This document shows, piece by piece, positions 38,104 through 48,235 of a stretch of DNA of 64,000 bases. The notes under the pieces were generated by a model that worked only from the letters and a program-made list of their open reading frames with translations, was not told the DNA's origin and did no database searches. The stretch's first letter is position 1. Every line of letters starts with the position of its first letter. The position numbers and the translations under genes are program-made. Origin of the DNA: an uncultured virus (IMG/VR IMGVR_UViG_3300025327_000001) (Duplodnaviria > Heunggongvirae > Uroviricota > Caudoviricetes); IMG/VR virus record IMGVR_UViG_3300025327_000001; one strand, given 5' to 3'.

Positions 38104-41100
38104 ATGCCGTACCCGCAAGCATGGAGATTTCTTATAAGGCCACAGGGATATAAGGAATTGTTTGGCCAGCCTGCACCAACAAGTTTGGAACACTCTAGTT
38201 GGACTGTAATTCATAAAAAGAAAAGCGGAGAGAATTATAATCCTGCATGGGTATTGATAGAAGATACAAAAATAACAGGTTCTGCTTCAAATGGTACGAT
38301 ATATGATGACCGTCTAGTATCCAGAGAATTCAAATTAGGTTCTAGGAATTTCACGTTTACTTTTGATTTGGCAATACCGCTAGTAACGAGTGGCAATTTG
38401 TCTGTTGGTCTTATTCATACGTCAGCACCGAGCACAGGTACAACAAATGAGTTTAAGAATTGCATATGGCTTAATTTCTCTAGTGATGTTAGTAATGGTT
38501 ATGTTACATTACGTGCAGCAGATACTACCACAACAGTATCATCCTCAGCAATCACTATTACATCCTTAGCCACAGAGAAATACTATACGCTTCAAAGAAA
38601 TGGCAATACAATCACATTGACGATATATACAGACAGTGGGCGAACTACGCAATTTGCCACACAATCAATCAACATATCATCGTTATCTATACATAATCTG
38701 AATTATATACAGTTTGCGAATTATCCAGATGATGCTTCCTTTCCTTATACTGGTTTCAATGGTGAATTTAAAAACATCAAACTTGTAATAGACAAGTATA
38801 TCGATATCAATGAAAATTCTATATCGGGCCTAATGGACTTTAATCTAAATATCAGTAAAGATAAAGTAAAGACATTAGACCTGCAATTTGATGATTCGAA
38901 TGATTTGTTAAGAGACATAGAATCCAGTGATGAAGTTCTTGCATGGCTCGATAATACATCTGATGGTCTTGTTCTTTCATATGATATGGAAAGCAAAGAT
39001 GTAGATGGAAAGATGATAGATTTTTCTGGTAATGATTTCAATGGGACCATTACTGGCACTTCGTTAGTTGTTGGCAAAGTAGAACAGGGAACAGATTTTA
39101 CTGTTAATACACATAATATATCCATATCTAATAATTCTACATTAAATTTGGGAACTAATTTTACATTAGCAACTTGGGTTAAAGTGGATACTCTAACGAA
39201 CAATGCTACAATCTTTAGGAAGATAATATCTACGCCTACTAGGGGATATCTATTACGTATACAGACAAATGGCTCTATCAATGCAGAGATATGGAATAAT
39301 GGAAATGAAACAGATTTTGTGACAGCAACGGGGGTTATAACAACAGGGATATTTTATCATATCATATTTACTCATGATAATGGTACTGGAAAAATATATG
39401 TAAATGGTAAGGAAATTGCTGTAACAAAGACTGGGACACAGACACAGCCAGAAGCGCATACAAATTCATTACTGATAGGGAAATCAGAAGGAGGGACTAC
39501 TGAAACAATAGATGGTATTATTGATGAAGCTGTCATATATAGTCGTACATTATCTTCGACTGAAATAAGGGATTATTATGACAGAGCAGGAAGATGCCCT
39601 AAATTATATTTTGATGGTATTGTAGAGAATCTAAACAGAAAGAATGAAAATGTTTCAATAGAAGCTTCAGATAATTTGAATGAATTGACTGGCACAGAAT
39701 TATATGATTTAATTGTCGAAGGACAGACATTAATTGCTACAAAGGGCGGTACATCTGACATCATAGCACATAGTTTTGGGACGTTTGAATCTCGAAGAAT
39801 AGATACGATACAAAATGGCGTATATAGAAAAGCCACAGTTACTCCTATTTTGGATTCTAATGGCGGATTATTATTAGATTCAACTTATAATGTAGAAAAT
39901 ATATATGTCGGTATCAATAAGGGATGTTCTAGTGTACCTGTGGGCAGTGAAATATTTGAATCGAATCTAAGTAATACGAATAGAGTGGATTTTGCTTTTA
40001 CGGCGCAAAGTACAAGGATAAATTCAATCACTATTTTTCTTAATGTAAATTTAACAAATCTATCAACACAACATCTTTTAGTCAAATTATATGGAAATAA
40101 AGAAAACACAAGTACAGATGCTAAAGACATACCCGATACAGCCCGTACTATTATTTCAAAGACACACACATTTACAACAAGTGATAATATTGGCGATTTC
40201 ATGCCAATAACCATAGATTTGACAGGTGCTACATGGAATGAGGAATTAACTAAAAATGCAAAATATTGGTTTTCATTCATGACAGATTTTGTTGCTGGAA
40301 CCCCTCCACTAATAAGAATCATGTTTTCTAACGCAGAATTTGAAATAAACACTGAGGTCCATGATAATCTTGGAGGGATAGATTCTTGGTATCGATATTT
40401 TTCTGCTCTTAAGAGTATTGTATATGACGATTTAGATGAAAGTTCTGAAGAACAATTGAATACTGAGTATACGATTAAATATTCAGATAATTATGTGGGT
40501 CTTCCAGTTAGTGATATATCAACGGGTACATGGACAACAACTCCCCTGTACCAAAAAATAGATGATGTGGTTATTAGTGATGCAGATTTTATAACTTGCA
40601 GTGGAATCAAAACAGCAGATACTGCCAACGTATTGTTATCTAATCTTGCGAATCCAAATACAAATATAAATCATACATTTACATTTAGGGCAAGAAAGAG
40701 CGCAATTGGAACAATAACACTCCTTGTTAGACTGGTTGAAGGGGCGTCTATTAGAGCCTCTTATACGCCCACATTGACAACATCCTTTGCTACTTATTCG
40801 TATACATTATCTACCGCCGAAGCAGATTCGATAGAAAACTATGGTGATTTAAAATTATTATTTTTATATACAGGTGATAATGCTTCCTCGTCTGTAGATG
40901 TATCATATGCTCAATTCTCACTCCCATTAGGTTGGCATTTAGAATGGAGATTAAGTCCAGATAAGTTTAATTGGTCTGAGATTTTACTTCCCGGCGGTAG
41001 TCAAAATGAGGTTATTTTCAACTTGCCGAATCATATTGTGATGGGTTATTATTATACAAAGAAATCAATGGTATTGAAAAATATCATAGAACGCATATTA

Positions 41101-42615
41101 CGGAAAACAAAAAGACTAAGAGGACAATATTCTGGGAGATCGACAACACAAAATATTGGTCTATATTACGCACAGGGTAATACATTGTTAGAGAATATAC
41201 GTAAACTATGTAATATAAGTAATTCACAGTATATCAATAAATATAGTAATATAATAACAATCGAGGATGCAAAGACCCGTTCTACATTATATAATGGTAC
41301 GATGGAACAAAATACGGGTTGGACATATAGACAATCCGTGGGCAGTAATGGCATCAATGATGGATATATTGGAATTGCAAGGACAGGCAGCAGAGCTTAT
41401 CGTTTACGCATTGGGACGATAGCAGCATCAGAAACGGTGGAAATATATCAGGACATAGATAATTGGAGTGGAGATGTTTCAGCATGGTGCAAGATAAATA
41501 CAGTCGATGTAAGTTGGACAGTAAAAATAGAAAAGGAAGATTATGGTGGTGGTGGAACGAGAAGCACAGTTGCCTCCATATCACCAACGACAACAGATTA
41601 TACTAAATTATCTGGTTCTGTTTCGAATATAAAATTCAGATTGATTCTGTCTTTAACGAAAGGGACAGACCCCTTGGAATTCCCAGAAACTAATTATGTG
41701 GATATCGATGATGTATATCAAGGCCCTGTTTATTATGGTTTCAAGGATGGTTTTGCCACTAATGTCGGTCAGGACCCATTACAAGAAATATTCATTGGGT
41801 ATGACAATCTATCTCGGGAGGGGGAATTGGATAAAATAGTGAATCTTGGTGTTGTAACTGAAGAAACACAAAAATCATCATCTTTTAATAATAAGATTCC
41901 TATTTCTGCGTCTAAGAATATTAAATTATATGATAAATTTGGTCCTCGTGTTTCATTCAGAAAAGTAGGAAATATGAAACAAAGCGAAGATAGATATCTT
42001 GCAGCGAAGGCATTATTAAATACAGAATTCGAGGAAACCATATCTTTCCAAGTTTCAAATCAAATGGCGTTCTTGCTTGGTCAATCTATTTACGTTCTAG
42101 ACCCTAATACAAACATCAATGAATGGTCTTATTATAATATAGATAATGTTGTAATCGGGCCACATACAACAAAAATCAATAGTATTGAAATTAAGGCATT
42201 AGATATAAATTATATACAGGCAATCAAAGAAAAAACAGAAGACGATACAACGATGGATGAAACGGAAACATTGTCCAAAACACTGAAATATATGGTTATA
42301 ATGGACACACAATTAGGAACAGGTAGTTCTATTGGTACTATATCATATGCAAAAATCTATTATGGTGCAACTGAATTCAAATCAAGATTGTATAATGTCC
42401 CAGATATTGGCGTCCATGTGTTTGAGTTCAAAAAGAAGGATACTCCGACGACATTCACTACAAATACGTATATGACCAAAATAGACATATTCAATACATT
42501 AGACGAGAAAGTGGGTTCGGCCACATTCTCATTGGGGGATCGTTTCGTGAAAACCAAGAATATGAACCTGATTATCATTCTATTTGACCGTAGGGTGTTG
42601 TTAGGTCTGACGTAA
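38104..42615 (+). CDS. Large tail tip/hub protein with LamG and carbohydrate-binding-like domains
   Basis: 1503 aa; YHIIFTH..IYVNG..IDEAVIYSRTLS; last gene of the late operon. Confidence 0.75.
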   Translation: MPYPQAWRFLIRPQGYKELFGQPAPTSLEHSSWTVIHKKKSGENYNPAWVLIEDTKITGSASNGTIYDDRLVSREFKLGSRNFTFTFDLAIPLVTSGNLSVGLIHTSAPSTGTTNEFKNCIWLNFSSDVSNGYVTLRAADTTTTVSSSAITITSLATEKYYTLQRNGNTITLTIYTDSGRTTQFATQSINISSLSIHNLNYIQFANYPDDASFPYTGFNGEFKNIKLVIDKYIDINENSISGLMDFNLNISKDKVKTLDLQFDDSNDLLRDIESSDEVLAWLDNTSDGLVLSYDMESKDVDGKMIDFSGNDFNGTITGTSLVVGKVEQGTDFTVNTHNISISNNSTLNLGTNFTLATWVKVDTLTNNATIFRKIISTPTRGYLLRIQTNGSINAEIWNNGNETDFVTATGVITTGIFYHIIFTHDNGTGKIYVNGKEIAVTKTGTQTQPEAHTNSLLIGKSEGGTTETIDGIIDEAVIYSRTLSSTEIRDYYDRAGRCPKLYFDGIVENLNRKNENVSIEASDNLNELTGTELYDLIVEGQTLIATKGGTSDIIAHSFGTFESRRIDTIQNGVYRKATVTPILDSNGGLLLDSTYNVENIYVGINKGCSSVPVGSEIFESNLSNTNRVDFAFTAQSTRINSITIFLNVNLTNLSTQHLLVKLYGNKENTSTDAKDIPDTARTIISKTHTFTTSDNIGDFMPITIDLTGATWNEELTKNAKYWFSFMTDFVAGTPPLIRIMFSNAEFEINTEVHDNLGGIDSWYRYFSALKSIVYDDLDESSEEQLNTEYTIKYSDNYVGLPVSDISTGTWTTTPLYQKIDDVVISDADFITCSGIKTADTANVLLSNLANPNTNINHTFTFRARKSAIGTITLLVRLVEGASIRASYTPTLTTSFATYSYTLSTAEADSIENYGDLKLLFLYTGDNASSSVDVSYAQFSLPLGWHLEWRLSPDKFNWSEILLPGGSQNEVIFNLPNHIVMGYYYTKKSMVLKNIIERILRKTKRLRGQYSGRSTTQNIGLYYAQGNTLLENIRKLCNISNSQYINKYSNIITIEDAKTRSTLYNGTMEQNTGWTYRQSVGSNGINDGYIGIARTGSRAYRLRIGTIAASETVEIYQDIDNWSGDVSAWCKINTVDVSWTVKIEKEDYGGGGTRSTVASISPTTTDYTKLSGSVSNIKFRLILSLTKGTDPLEFPETNYVDIDDVYQGPVYYGFKDGFATNVGQDPLQEIFIGYDNLSREGELDKIVNLGVVTEETQKSSSFNNKIPISASKNIKLYDKFGPRVSFRKVGNMKQSEDRYLAAKALLNTEFEETISFQVSNQMAFLLGQSIYVLDPNTNINEWSYYNIDNVVIGPHTTKINSIEIKALDINYIQAIKEKTEDDTTMDETETLSKTLKYMVIMDTQLGTGSSIGTISYAKIYYGATEFKSRLYNVPDIGVHVFEFKKKDTPTTFTTNTYMTKIDIFNTLDEKVGSATFSLGDRFVKTKNMNLIIILFDRRVLLGLT

Positions 42616-42709
42616 TATATACTTCTATTCTAGACAACAATGTACATTTTAGTACACTGTAAGTATGTATAACAGGTCTATTTTAGGGCGTTTTAAGACC
42701 TCATTTAAT

Positions 42710-42919
42710 TCAGGCTGTATCTTTCATCATCTGATTAAATTTAGCCATGTATTCCTCACCTAATACGTTCTTAAGAGGGTATAGGCGATGACCACAGAAG
42801 GCACAGAACGTATAATTACCTGTCTGCCCCAAGACCCATACTCCATTGTGCTTATAACAGGATGGGCATATCTTCTTATTCTCCAATCCTCCACTTCCTT
42901 TGGGTCGCCCCCTTGTCAT
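42710..42919 (-). CDS. AT-hook plus zinc-ribbon protein
   Basis: MTRGRPKGS; CPSC...CAFC. Confidence 0.65.
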   Translation of the reverse strand: MTRGRPKGSGGLENKKICPSCYKHNGVWVLGQTGNYTFCAFCGHRLYPLKNVLGEEYMAKFNQMMKDTA

Positions 42920-42920
42920 A

Positions 42921-43166
42921 TCAAGTCCCCCCACATTCTCTGTTATCCCCACATTCTTCGCACCTATCATACTGACAATGCCATCCTTCCCCACGCTCAT
43001 ATTTCAAAAAATGTAAAAATGGTTTGAACCATCCCTTATTATCTTCGCCATCCTGTATATTATATTCCTCTTGGTCCAAATAATTCAATAGACCGTCTAT
43101 CTGCTCGTCCGTAAAATGATAATGGTCACTTGGGCCTCTACAACCACATGCTCTCGGTTTATTCAT
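42921..43166 (-). CDS. Small Cys-rich protein
   Basis: CGC...C..DRCEECG..C. Confidence 0.55.
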   Translation of the reverse strand: MNKPRACGCRGPSDHYHFTDEQIDGLLNYLDQEEYNIQDGEDNKGWFKPFLHFLKYERGEGWHCQYDRCEECGDNRECGGT

Positions 43167-43170
43167 ATTC

Positions 43171-45462
43171 TCACATCCACGTAGACAAATCCATCTGTTT
43201 CGTCTTCTCTTTTGGTTCATCACTCTTCTTCTCTATCAAAATTCCCAGTCTTTTGAACATTGGTACAAACTGACTGTTCCATATATATCTATATTGTTCC
43301 ACTGTTAATTGTATGATTGTATCATCTGCAATGGGTAATATATTCTCTGGTTTCTTCCCTGTCTTTATGAATCCTATCTTCTCTCCCCTATGCATTATCA
43401 ATTTACCCTGTTCTTCCAATATCCGTGCTGCTCTTAAATGTGCTGGTAATACCTCATAATCATCTGCATGTTTCCCCAATGCTTTATACATGACTAATTG
43501 TTGGTCTAACGCACCAGATGCTAATTTATTCCAGTATTCCTCTGTATATTGATATAACTGTTCTATAGTATATCCATCTAATATCTTCTCCAATACTTCT
43601 TGTTGTGCTTGTCTCTTCGCTTCACTTGTATCATGTCTGACTATTTCAAACCCCTTTATCAATAATTTGTTTGTAGGACCATCACGCCATGTCATTCTAG
43701 CCACATACTTCTTTTTTGTTCCCTTCCCCTGTATATTGGCTGGAACATACATAACAGAACATAGTTTATCGATATCCAATTTAAAATGAGATGGATATAT
43801 ATCAGAAATTGCATGTAGATAATTCTTAGTCTCTGCTGTTAATTTATTCGCTAAATCCTTGGCTTTGTCTATATCCAAGTCTGGTAATTGCAAGAATACA
43901 CTATCTGTATCACCGCCAATGACTCTTATATTCATAGATTGTAGTGTTTCATCTAGGAATTTAATCACCATCTGGCCAGTCAGCGTGATATTCTCGGCTA
44001 TGTCCTTATTGAAATATCTGCTATAGAACGACCCGATTACACCATAGATACTATTCGCTAGAACCTTATAGGCATTGTAGGTTGCATCGGCTACTATATA
44101 TTCATCAGATGTTGGCGATAATTCCATCTTTTTCTCCCGCCATTCATTCCGCGTTTTCAATACATAGGAAAGACCCTCAGAAAATACACTCTTTGGCGTG
44201 GATACGAAACTTCCCCTGCCTATGGGAGATTTGATATCACCGATATTATCATCTCTATATGTCTCTGGCCCTATGTTAAATGACATTACAATGGTCGGGT
44301 ACAGAGCATTGACATCAAGAACGGCTATGTTATTATGAACTCCGGGAATGGGATTTAAGACCATGGCCCCTTCATACTTTTCCTCACGTTCATCCTTATC
44401 ATCCTCATATTGTTGTTTAGTGGGCCATATGACTCTTTCCTTTCTATTTACAGACAGACGTAATATCAAGCCATCTACTGCCACAGAGTTATTGAATTCT
44501 TTCTTATTCTGTTTATGTACCTTCATTAAATCCCTGACATTGGTGTGGGTGATATTAGCAATATTGAATACGATATGGACCATATTCCATTTCTTGTCCA
44601 AGTCATATATGATTCTAACATCATCTAGGTTATATTCTTTTAATGTATTGATATCATGTTCGAAATAATACAATAAATCCTTGATATTTATTTTTCTCTT
44701 CCTAGTTGGTAATTCTTCTTTATCTGCTATATGCTCCAGTGAGAACATGTCCCTTTGTATCAATAATATAAATTTGTACACGGCCCTCAAATCGATATGA
44801 ATATGATTATACCACTCATATTCTATATCCAATATCCTACAACGATTAATCAAATATGGCCAATCGAAGTTATTACCATTGAATGTACATATGACTGGGT
44901 ATTTATCGATGAAAGCAAGACAGTCTCTAATTAATTGCGTCTCATTCCTATCGGAATAAAAGTATTCCTGCCCATCGTTTGTCTTGACAGCAATGGATAA
45001 TATACGTTTCAGGGCCTGTTGTTCGTCGGGTATCCCATCTGTAGGGTCTGTCTCGATATCTATGAACAGCCATTTCTTAGGCAATTGCACACGCCAATCA
45101 AGGTCAATCATCACCCTTCTATTATATGGGACATCCGCTTCAAAGGTATTTGTGATGCCTATCAATTGTCTTATCCTTGGAACTACACTAGGCGATGGCG
45201 TATTTATTTTAAGTAATTTCTTTCCTTGGTATGTAAATGGGACATCTTCGATTTCTATGATAGATGGAAGATTCATATTCTGGGCAATATCAGAATATGC
45301 TAAGAAATATGGTTTGACTGGTAATGGTATTTCCTGCACAGGTAATCTATAACCATCATCATCTGTCGTATATAATCTGACTACAGGGTCCTCATATTCA
45401 TTAAAATGCCAATCAATGTGGTAAAGATTGTTGGGTGGTTTCTGGTTTATCATAATATGCAT
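43171..45462 (-). CDS. polB: Family B DNA polymerase with 3'-5' exonuclease
   Basis: DIET, FNGNNFD, YNLDD; DVNALYPT, KVLANSIYG, GDTDS, KKKY. Confidence 0.95.
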   Translation of the reverse strand: MHIMINQKPPNNLYHIDWHFNEYEDPVVRLYTTDDDGYRLPVQEIPLPVKPYFLAYSDIAQNMNLPSIIEIEDVPFTYQGKKLLKINTPSPSVVPRIRQLIGITNTFEADVPYNRRVMIDLDWRVQLPKKWLFIDIETDPTDGIPDEQQALKRILSIAVKTNDGQEYFYSDRNETQLIRDCLAFIDKYPVICTFNGNNFDWPYLINRCRILDIEYEWYNHIHIDLRAVYKFILLIQRDMFSLEHIADKEELPTRKRKINIKDLLYYFEHDINTLKEYNLDDVRIIYDLDKKWNMVHIVFNIANITHTNVRDLMKVHKQNKKEFNNSVAVDGLILRLSVNRKERVIWPTKQQYEDDKDEREEKYEGAMVLNPIPGVHNNIAVLDVNALYPTIVMSFNIGPETYRDDNIGDIKSPIGRGSFVSTPKSVFSEGLSYVLKTRNEWREKKMELSPTSDEYIVADATYNAYKVLANSIYGVIGSFYSRYFNKDIAENITLTGQMVIKFLDETLQSMNIRVIGGDTDSVFLQLPDLDIDKAKDLANKLTAETKNYLHAISDIYPSHFKLDIDKLCSVMYVPANIQGKGTKKKYVARMTWRDGPTNKLLIKGFEIVRHDTSEAKRQAQQEVLEKILDGYTIEQLYQYTEEYWNKLASGALDQQLVMYKALGKHADDYEVLPAHLRAARILEEQGKLIMHRGEKIGFIKTGKKPENILPIADDTIIQLTVEQYRYIWNSQFVPMFKRLGILIEKKSDEPKEKTKQMDLSTWM

Positions 45463-45685
45463 CCTGTAATTCTTTGCTCAGAAAATCCAACTGTCTGGCC
45501 TTTTCATTTCGTTTCTGGTATGTGGTACATTGAAAACGCCCATCTGTGAACATCTTTAATTTTATGGAATCGGCTTCACAACGCATTGTCTTATTGAAAC
45601 GACAAGAGCGGGCAGGACACCATATGCGTCTCTTAAATTTGAATTTCTCTTTCTTTTGTTTTTTCTTCGTTTCCTTGCTGTCCAT
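45413..45685 (-). CDS. Small basic Cys-motif protein
   Basis: CPARSCRFN...CEADSI...CTTY. Confidence 0.6.
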   Translation of the reverse strand: MDSKETKKKQKKEKFKFKRRIWCPARSCRFNKTMRCEADSIKLKMFTDGRFQCTTYQKRNEKARQLDFLSKELQDAYYDKPETTQQSLPH

Positions 45686-45917
45686 CTTTAATACCATCCA
45701 TTTTCATAAGGCAGAATAATAGGATATTAATACCATCATATATATCATCATATTTCTTATCCAAGAAATCTATATCTATCCATCTGGCTCTCTTCACTTT
45801 GACCAAAGCATATGCCAACAATTCCTCTAATGTGAATTCTTGCCAGATATCACCATAAGGAGATTTCTTATGGATTTCCAAAGCCTTTTCAATATGTTTC
45901 AATATATTATCGTTCAT
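45633..45917 (-). CDS. Nucleotide-modification-associated (Nmad1/DUF1599-like) all-alpha protein
   Basis: K..YGDIW...KVKR...DDIYDGIN pattern. Confidence 0.55.
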   Translation of the reverse strand: MNDNILKHIEKALEIHKKSPYGDIWQEFTLEELLAYALVKVKRARWIDIDFLDKKYDDIYDGINILLFCLMKMDGIKDGQQGNEEKTKEREIQI

Positions 45918-45989
45918 GCGGCACCCCCGAGTCGAACAGGGACCTTCTCCTTGGAAGGGAGATATGCTGGCCATTGACACCAGTACCGC
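45917..45989 (-). tRNA. tRNA-Gly(TCC)
   Basis: Acceptor gcggtac/gtgccgc, anticodon arm tctcc-cttccaa-ggaga, TTCGA T-loop, no CCA. Confidence 0.9.
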
Positions 45990-45990
45990 A

Positions 45991-46062
45991 TGGACCTAGC
46001 CGGAGTTGAACCAGCATCTTCAGGTTGCAAACCTGATATGTTTCCATTGACACCATAGGCCC
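45991..46062 (-). tRNA. tRNA-Ala(TGC)
   Basis: Anticodon arm tcagg-tttgcaa-cctga; G3:U70 Ala identity pair. Confidence 0.9.
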
Positions 46063-46075
46063 GTATTATTTTTGA

Positions 46076-46146
46076 TGGAATCGTCCGGAATCGAACCGGG
46101 TTCATACGGTCTTCAGCCGTGCGCTTTCCCATTAAGCTACAATTCC
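46076..46146 (-). tRNA. tRNA-Phe(GAA)
   Basis: acgg-ctgaaga-ccgt anticodon arm; ccgg-ttcgatt-ccgg T arm. Confidence 0.85.
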
Positions 46147-46164
46147 TTATATTATCATCATTAG

Positions 46165-46236
46165 CGCAGGTGATTGGATTCGAACCAATACCCCCTTCGT
46201 TAACAGCGAAGTGCGCTACCATTGCGCCACACCTGC
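46165..46236 (-). tRNA. tRNA-Asn(GTT)
   Basis: gcaggtg/cacctgc acceptor, cttcg-ctgttaa-cgaag, G discriminator. Confidence 0.9.
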
Positions 46237-46247
46237 TTAATCTATAT

Positions 46248-46454
46248 TCAACGACAGTATAAATGACTTTCTAAAACTTCTCGGGCGTGCAGATTTTTAA
46301 CATGTTCCAATGCTTCAAAAATACCTTTCGGGCCTTCACAGGTTGGAGCAGGGGGATATGATGGGACCATAACCACAAAAAGAAAATATAGAGTATATAA
46401 TATCACACCAACAGTCGCCAAACTGATTAACAGTATTTTTAACCATAACTTCAT
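46248..46454 (-). CDS. Small membrane-anchored protein
   Basis: N-terminal TM helix; GGTGA RBS. Confidence 0.55.
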   Translation of the reverse strand: MKLWLKILLISLATVGVILYTLYFLFVVMVPSYPPAPTCEGPKGIFEALEHVKNLHAREVLESHLYCR

Positions 46455-46475
46455 CGGACTCACCTTATTTATTTA

Positions 46476-46778
46476 TTAGACCTGCTTATATGGCTTATAT
46501 ATTACATATATATTCCAGAGCGCTGGAACCCAAGAAATCAATACAGCACCAAGCCAAAACCATTCATTCTGATTGAAGAAACCACCAGCCGCCAAAAGAC
46601 CTGCCATACCAGATTTAAACATTTGCAGACCTTTGATTCCCACTTTACTCAATAGCCAAGCCATTAGGGGGTTTCCTTCAACGGCATCATAATCTTCCAA
46701 GGCTCGTCTTGTAGTATACATATCTGCCATTTGGCCCGAGAATAATAACACGGCCCATAATTCTGGAGGTACGAACAT
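46476..46778 (-). CDS. Membrane protein (DUF5658-like)
   Basis: ADMYTT...EGNPLM...K...N pattern. Confidence 0.65.
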   Translation of the reverse strand: MFVPPELWAVLLFSGQMADMYTTRRALEDYDAVEGNPLMAWLLSKVGIKGLQMFKSGMAGLLAAGGFFNQNEWFWLGAVLISWVPALWNIYVIYKPYKQV

Positions 46779-46955
46779 AAATCTAATCCATATATTTCAT
46801 GTTATTAATAATCTTCTTCCTCATACTCAAAAATATCATCATTATTTTGACATGGACGATATTTACAAACGGGACATATTGCATTACATTCTCCTAGTTC
46901 ACAAGTACATATATAATCCTCAATATCTTCATCATCTTTATCAATAGTAGTCATA

Positions 46956-47327
46956 TCAATTTCCCTTCTTCATAATGAAATTATAGTGTTTCGATACTTT
47001 ATCTTCTAGTTCTATTATCTTATCGAATGATACCTTTGGTGGCGATTCATCGGTATTATTCTCTTCAAAAACACCATGATTAGCCCAACTTCGTAATTCT
47101 GCGACAAATGACTGTAGATGATATGGGTCTATAGGTATTAATGTTTCTCTTGTATCATCTTCGAATGGTGATGGGCATGAACAACCAGAATCTGTTTTAT
47201 AATATAATGTATCAGTGTCATTATTCCTCCATATGACGAACATATCAAAAGAATATGATAAATCCTGCTCAACCATTCCAAATATGGTTAAACCAAAATC
47301 CTCTGGATTATAATAGATATTACTCAT
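46956..47327 (-). CDS. Viral hypothetical protein with a DSGCSCPSPFE motif
   Basis: Motif familiar from phage proteins; ATG-coupled. Confidence 0.65.
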   Translation of the reverse strand: MSNIYYNPEDFGLTIFGMVEQDLSYSFDMFVIWRNNDTDTLYYKTDSGCSCPSPFEDDTRETLIPIDPYHLQSFVAELRSWANHGVFEENNTDESPPKVSFDKIIELEDKVSKHYNFIMKKGN

Positions 47328-47706
47328 TCTCCACATCACCTGTTAATTCGCTTATGATTTCATTTATTCGTACATCCACATGATTGAGAAAATGTTTGGT
47401 CATTCCATATTCCTTATTATAATATCTACCTAATGCTTTTCCCAGATTGGAAAAAGCGGATTGAAATTCAGATAAGATTTTGCTATGTTCTTCGGTTAAC
47501 GTATATTCGGTAGTGGGTTTCATAGGGACATAAATATCTCGTTCTATCGAATCCAATAACAATCTGGCATTCTTTCCTTGTTGGGTGTCAGGATGTTCCT
47601 CCGCTTGATGTTCCAAAAGACCATTAGTATCTATTGTATCATATACTATTTCATTACATACTATACACTTGATATTTCCAACTTCGAGCATACAATCATA
47701 CTCCAT
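47320..47706 (-). CDS. C2H2 zinc-finger protein
   Basis: CIVC...HQAEEH. Confidence 0.6.
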   Translation of the reverse strand: MEYDCMLEVGNIKCIVCNEIVYDTIDTNGLLEHQAEEHPDTQQGKNARLLLDSIERDIYVPMKPTTEYTLTEEHSKILSEFQSAFSNLGKALGRYYNKEYGMTKHFLNHVDVRINEIISELTGDVENE

Positions 47707-48235
47707 TTCTGACTTTAATCACAACTGGGTCTAATTCCCATATCTTCTCTTTCATATTCCTTATGATTTTAAAGGAAGCGACTTTCTCTAACGTACCCCA
47801 TTTGATACTGTTCTTATTCTCCATCACTTCCATGGCTTGTGTCAGTTCCAACGGTGTCAGAGCATAAGCCGACATATGAAACGGCACACGCCTGCAAATA
47901 ATAAAATAATAATGACTCCCTGCATCCATTATCTCAAAGCCCTTCTCCAACTGATGGGGCTTGATATAAGTGATGTTGTAACTCGTTGTATTTCTCGATG
48001 ACTTTTCTTCAATGTAACAAGTCTTTCCTGCTACAATGAATATGTGGTCTGCTGGTACTTTGGGCATGATTACATTGGGGAATAGTGGAGAGAAACACTT
48101 CTGGCATTTCATGCCATAGGATTTGGTGTCACTGATTCTTTCCCAATACAACAACTTGCCATATTTAGTCTGTTTTAGATGTTCTAAGGAGTCCTGTATC
48201 TCCTTTTGGAATGCATAACCATGCTCATTACTCAT
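47696..48235 (-). CDS. Holliday junction resolvase (RecU-like PD-(D/E)xK nuclease)
   Basis: GYAFQKEI, PADH, IEEKS, IKPHQ. Confidence 0.75.
   Translation of the reverse strand: MSNEHGYAFQKEIQDSLEHLKQTKYGKLLYWERISDTKSYGMKCQKCFSPLFPNVIMPKVPADHIFIVAGKTCYIEEKSSRNTTSYNITYIKPHQLEKGFEIMDAGSHYYFIICRRVPFHMSAYALTPLELTQAMEVMENKNSIKWGTLEKVASFKIIRNMKEKIWELDPVVIKVRNGV

Noticed and set aside
6567..42578. Many minus-strand ORFs within the structural genes (for example 34138-34875, 21318-21872)
   Set aside because: Antisense shadows of well-supported plus-strand genes, with no motifs.
14233..42615. Diversity-generating retroelement acting on adhesins
   Set aside because: No reverse transcriptase in the window, and repeats differ at synonymous sites rather than specifically at adenines.
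45917..46062. Reading the tRNAs as Trp(CCA) and Cys(GCA)
   Set aside because: The 5-bp stems with 7-nt loops centre TCC and TGC, and G3:U70 supports Ala.
45914..46222. 102-aa ORF and the N-terminal extension of ORF 45633-45980
   Set aside because: Both are translations across tRNA genes.
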